Below are positions 61,911 through 64,000 of a stretch of DNA of 64,000 nt, one piece after another. The DNA is from Vicugna vicugna (Eukaryota), in the NCBI GenBank assembly GCA_013265495.1, contig MU058290.1:248001-312000 (forward strand), given 5' to 3'. Under the pieces are notes generated by a model. It had not been told where the DNA came from and searched no databases. It was given only the letters and a program-made list of their open reading frames with translations. Made by a program: the position numbers and the translations under genes. Position 1 is the first letter of the stretch, and each line of letters begins with the position of its first letter.

Positions 61911-62400
61911 TAATAGTCTTGCTTCCTGTCTCTGTTCCCTTAGTTAACCTTACATGCTTCTGCTCTCCAAAACATTTTACACAATTAAAGCACTATTCAC
62001 GTATAGGACAAGAAAGGAGTGACGTTACACTTTGATTGTATGTCTCAGGCACTTAAAGCTCCCCAGTTTCTTTCTGAGCTACAGACCCAGCACGCTACTC
62101 TCATTACGTTCTACAGCAAACTAGCTTGTAGCTGTGCTGCTTACTTCATGCAGGAGGTGGCATGGTGAAATGAAAATAAGGAGTTTTGACAGAATTGGGT
62201 TTAAATCCTAGCTTTTAATACCTAGGGGGCGTTAGGAAATTGGTTTAACTTCTCTGAGCCTCAAAGTTCCTTGTAAATATGGGGTTGTTGTAAAGTTTGA
62301 GTGAAACAATTTCAATAGTTCCTGACAGATTGTAGGAATTTTTAAGAATGATAGTACTCACTTTGTGTCAGCTTATTTTAGATATACCCACCCTTTAAGG

Positions 62401-62560
62401 CACTGCTGTCCAGCAGAACTTGCTGTGATGATGGAAATGTTCTATATTTGTACTGTCCAATATGGTACCCATCAGCCACATGAGGCTATTAAGCAATTAA
62501 AATGTGACTGAAGAATTTAATTTAATTTAGGCTGTATGTGCTGTTACCTATTGGACGGTG
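62401..62560. mobile_element. MER3-like hAT MITE
   Basis: ctgctgtccagcagaacttgctgtgatgatggaaatgttctatatttgtactgtccaatatgg...ttggacggtgca with inverted ends. Confidence 0.75.
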
Positions 62561-62564
62561 CAAT

Positions 62565-62750
62565 CTTTCTTTTGTTGGGATATAATTGACATATAACATT
62601 ATATTAGTTCTACTGTACAACATAGTGATTCAGTATTTGTATATTTTTGAAATGATTCCAATAAGTCTAGTTAAGTAAGATCCATCACCACTTTTTCTTC
62701 TTGTGATGAGAACTTTTGAGATTACTCTGTTAGCAACTTTCACACATATA
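62565..62750 (-). mobile_element. L1 3' end fragment
   Basis: atataattgacatataacattatattagtt...gtgatgagaacttttgagattactctgttagcaactttc. Confidence 0.7.
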
Positions 62751-64000
62751 ATAAATATTATTTTATTTTAAGTACAATTTTAAGGCGCATTCAAGACCTA
62801 TCCTTATTCTTCATGAAGCATTCCTTGACCAATGATTCTTCTTAACATTATTTTGCTCTCTCCACCACTTATTTGGTGCTTACCGTGAACATTCATTTTC
62901 ATGAGTCTTGTCTTTCCAGCTAGATTGTATTTGAAGTTATGGGTTTTAACTTGCCCATTGCTGCATGAAAAGAAATATGATAAAAATATGATTGTAATAT
63001 TCGTAGTTAATAAGTTTTAAATAATCATTAAATGTAATAGAAAAAATGTTCTAGTTAGTCATTAGGTGAAGAATAGGGAATAATATGAAGGTTGCCTGCA
63101 GTGGTGAACTTTGTGTCAAGTCTGTTTCACCTGAAAGTTGATTACGTTCAAACTCTGAAGAAGAAATTAAAGCGTCTTTCCTATACTGCCATCTTGAGGC
63201 CGATTTGGGCTCCAAATGATGCTAATTGAATTTTGCTATGTCAAGAGAAGGTTTTCTTCAGTTCATTGTGATAAAACTTTTATGAAATGTAGAGATTAAA
63301 TACAATTGACATTGGCTCAAATGAAATTGAAACATGCTTTGAAAAAAAGCTATTTCAGATTATCTTCTCATTTATCTGAATCTTACGAGTTCTTAGCTCC
63401 TTCTTTCCTTTTTTAAAAGGATTTTGTGAATTTCATGGCTGTGGTTACCCTGTGAATACAGGTGTTCCCTGCAATCACATACTCTGTGAACTTGAAGAGA
63501 CTGGCAGTAACCCATTCCGTTTACATCCCATCCCCCTGAATTCATTCCTATAGCTGCCAAGCTCTGGTTGCAGTCAGCACATGGCTCCTATCTTTTGCAT
63601 AACTATTCTCTTATTATTAGACTGCTGACTTTTATAACCTTTCAGAGGTTAGTCTTATTGTACAGTTTTACCCAAACTTTTAAATTTATACAAAAGTGGA
63701 GCTTGTATGGAAGTCTTGCCCTAGTCTGCTGTTGAGTTTGGGCATTTGATGACATGCTACAAGTAGATGGGTCAATTTATATTACTGAGTGGAGATTCAA
63801 ATGAAGAATGAACAGTTTTCTTTGAGATTAATTTTCTTTGGGGCTATATGGGTGTGACTTAGTATGGAGTAGGCTGGTGTGCATTTAAGTTTTGTAGTTA
63901 TAACCTTTGTATAATTTTTTCATTTATTATTTTTCAGATATGGTGCCAGATAGTTGATAGATCCTATAGTTCTACTTGATTTCTAGAAAGAAGCCGGATT

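Larger units (their letters stand above)
57800..64000 (+). other. CCNB1IP1: Probable 5' non-coding part of CCNB1IP1 (HEI10): exon 1 ~57800-57852, exon 2 from 60874 to ~61050-61110, exon 3 from 63938 to the window end; CDS outside the window
   Basis: CCAAT 57774-57778, cacttcctg and a pyrimidine tract precede donor tg|gtgagt at 57852. Acceptors: ccctttgcctcag (60873) and attttttcag-type (63937). Exon sequences (gatggaatccactg...gggcttggatttggat; gatagatcctatagttc...tttctagaaagaagccggatt) resemble my recollection of the human CCNB1IP1 5'UTR, and the position fits known synteny next to RPPH1. Confidence 0.7.

Noticed and set aside
62420..62440. C-box-like gtgatga
   Set aside because: Part of the MER3-like transposon sequence.
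63735..63792. Possible C/D box snoRNA (tgatga ... ctga) in the CCNB1IP1 intron
   Set aside because: Box spacing is only about 40 nt, there is no terminal stem, and it does not resemble the CCNB1IP1-hosted snoRNAs as I recall them; those probably lie beyond the window. An Rfam scan would settle it.

Overview
Mammalian genomic DNA, most likely camelid (inferred from tRNA-Ala-derived SINEs of the Vic-1 type), covering the conserved TEP1 - PARP2 - RPPH1 - CCNB1IP1 neighbourhood. Plus strand 2094-34367: complete TEP1 coding sequence (54 coding exons traced by hand, 7743 nt, 2580 aa); its first non-coding exon and promoter are not evident and probably lie upstream of the window. Minus strand 41254-54411: complete PARP2 (16 exons, 1707 nt, 568 aa, H-Y-E catalytic triad intact), convergent with TEP1. 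PARP2 is head-to-head with the RNase P RNA gene RPPH1 (54645-~54985, +) across the compact bidirectional H1 promoter. From ~57.8 kb to the end are probable non-coding 5' exons of CCNB1IP1 (HEI10). The rest is intronic or intergenic sequence with L1, L2, MIR, MLT1, DNA-transposon relics and young SINEs. I find no convincing undescribed biological system. The most notable details are a reduced TEP1 N-terminal repeat count, a GC-AG intron, cryptic or microsatellite-created splice donors, an apparently retroposed LTR-like polyadenylated fragment, an internally deleted L1 carrying a nested L1, and a strong-context uORF in the CCNB1IP1 leader. Homology and repeat-family calls rest on recalled sequences, not database searches.
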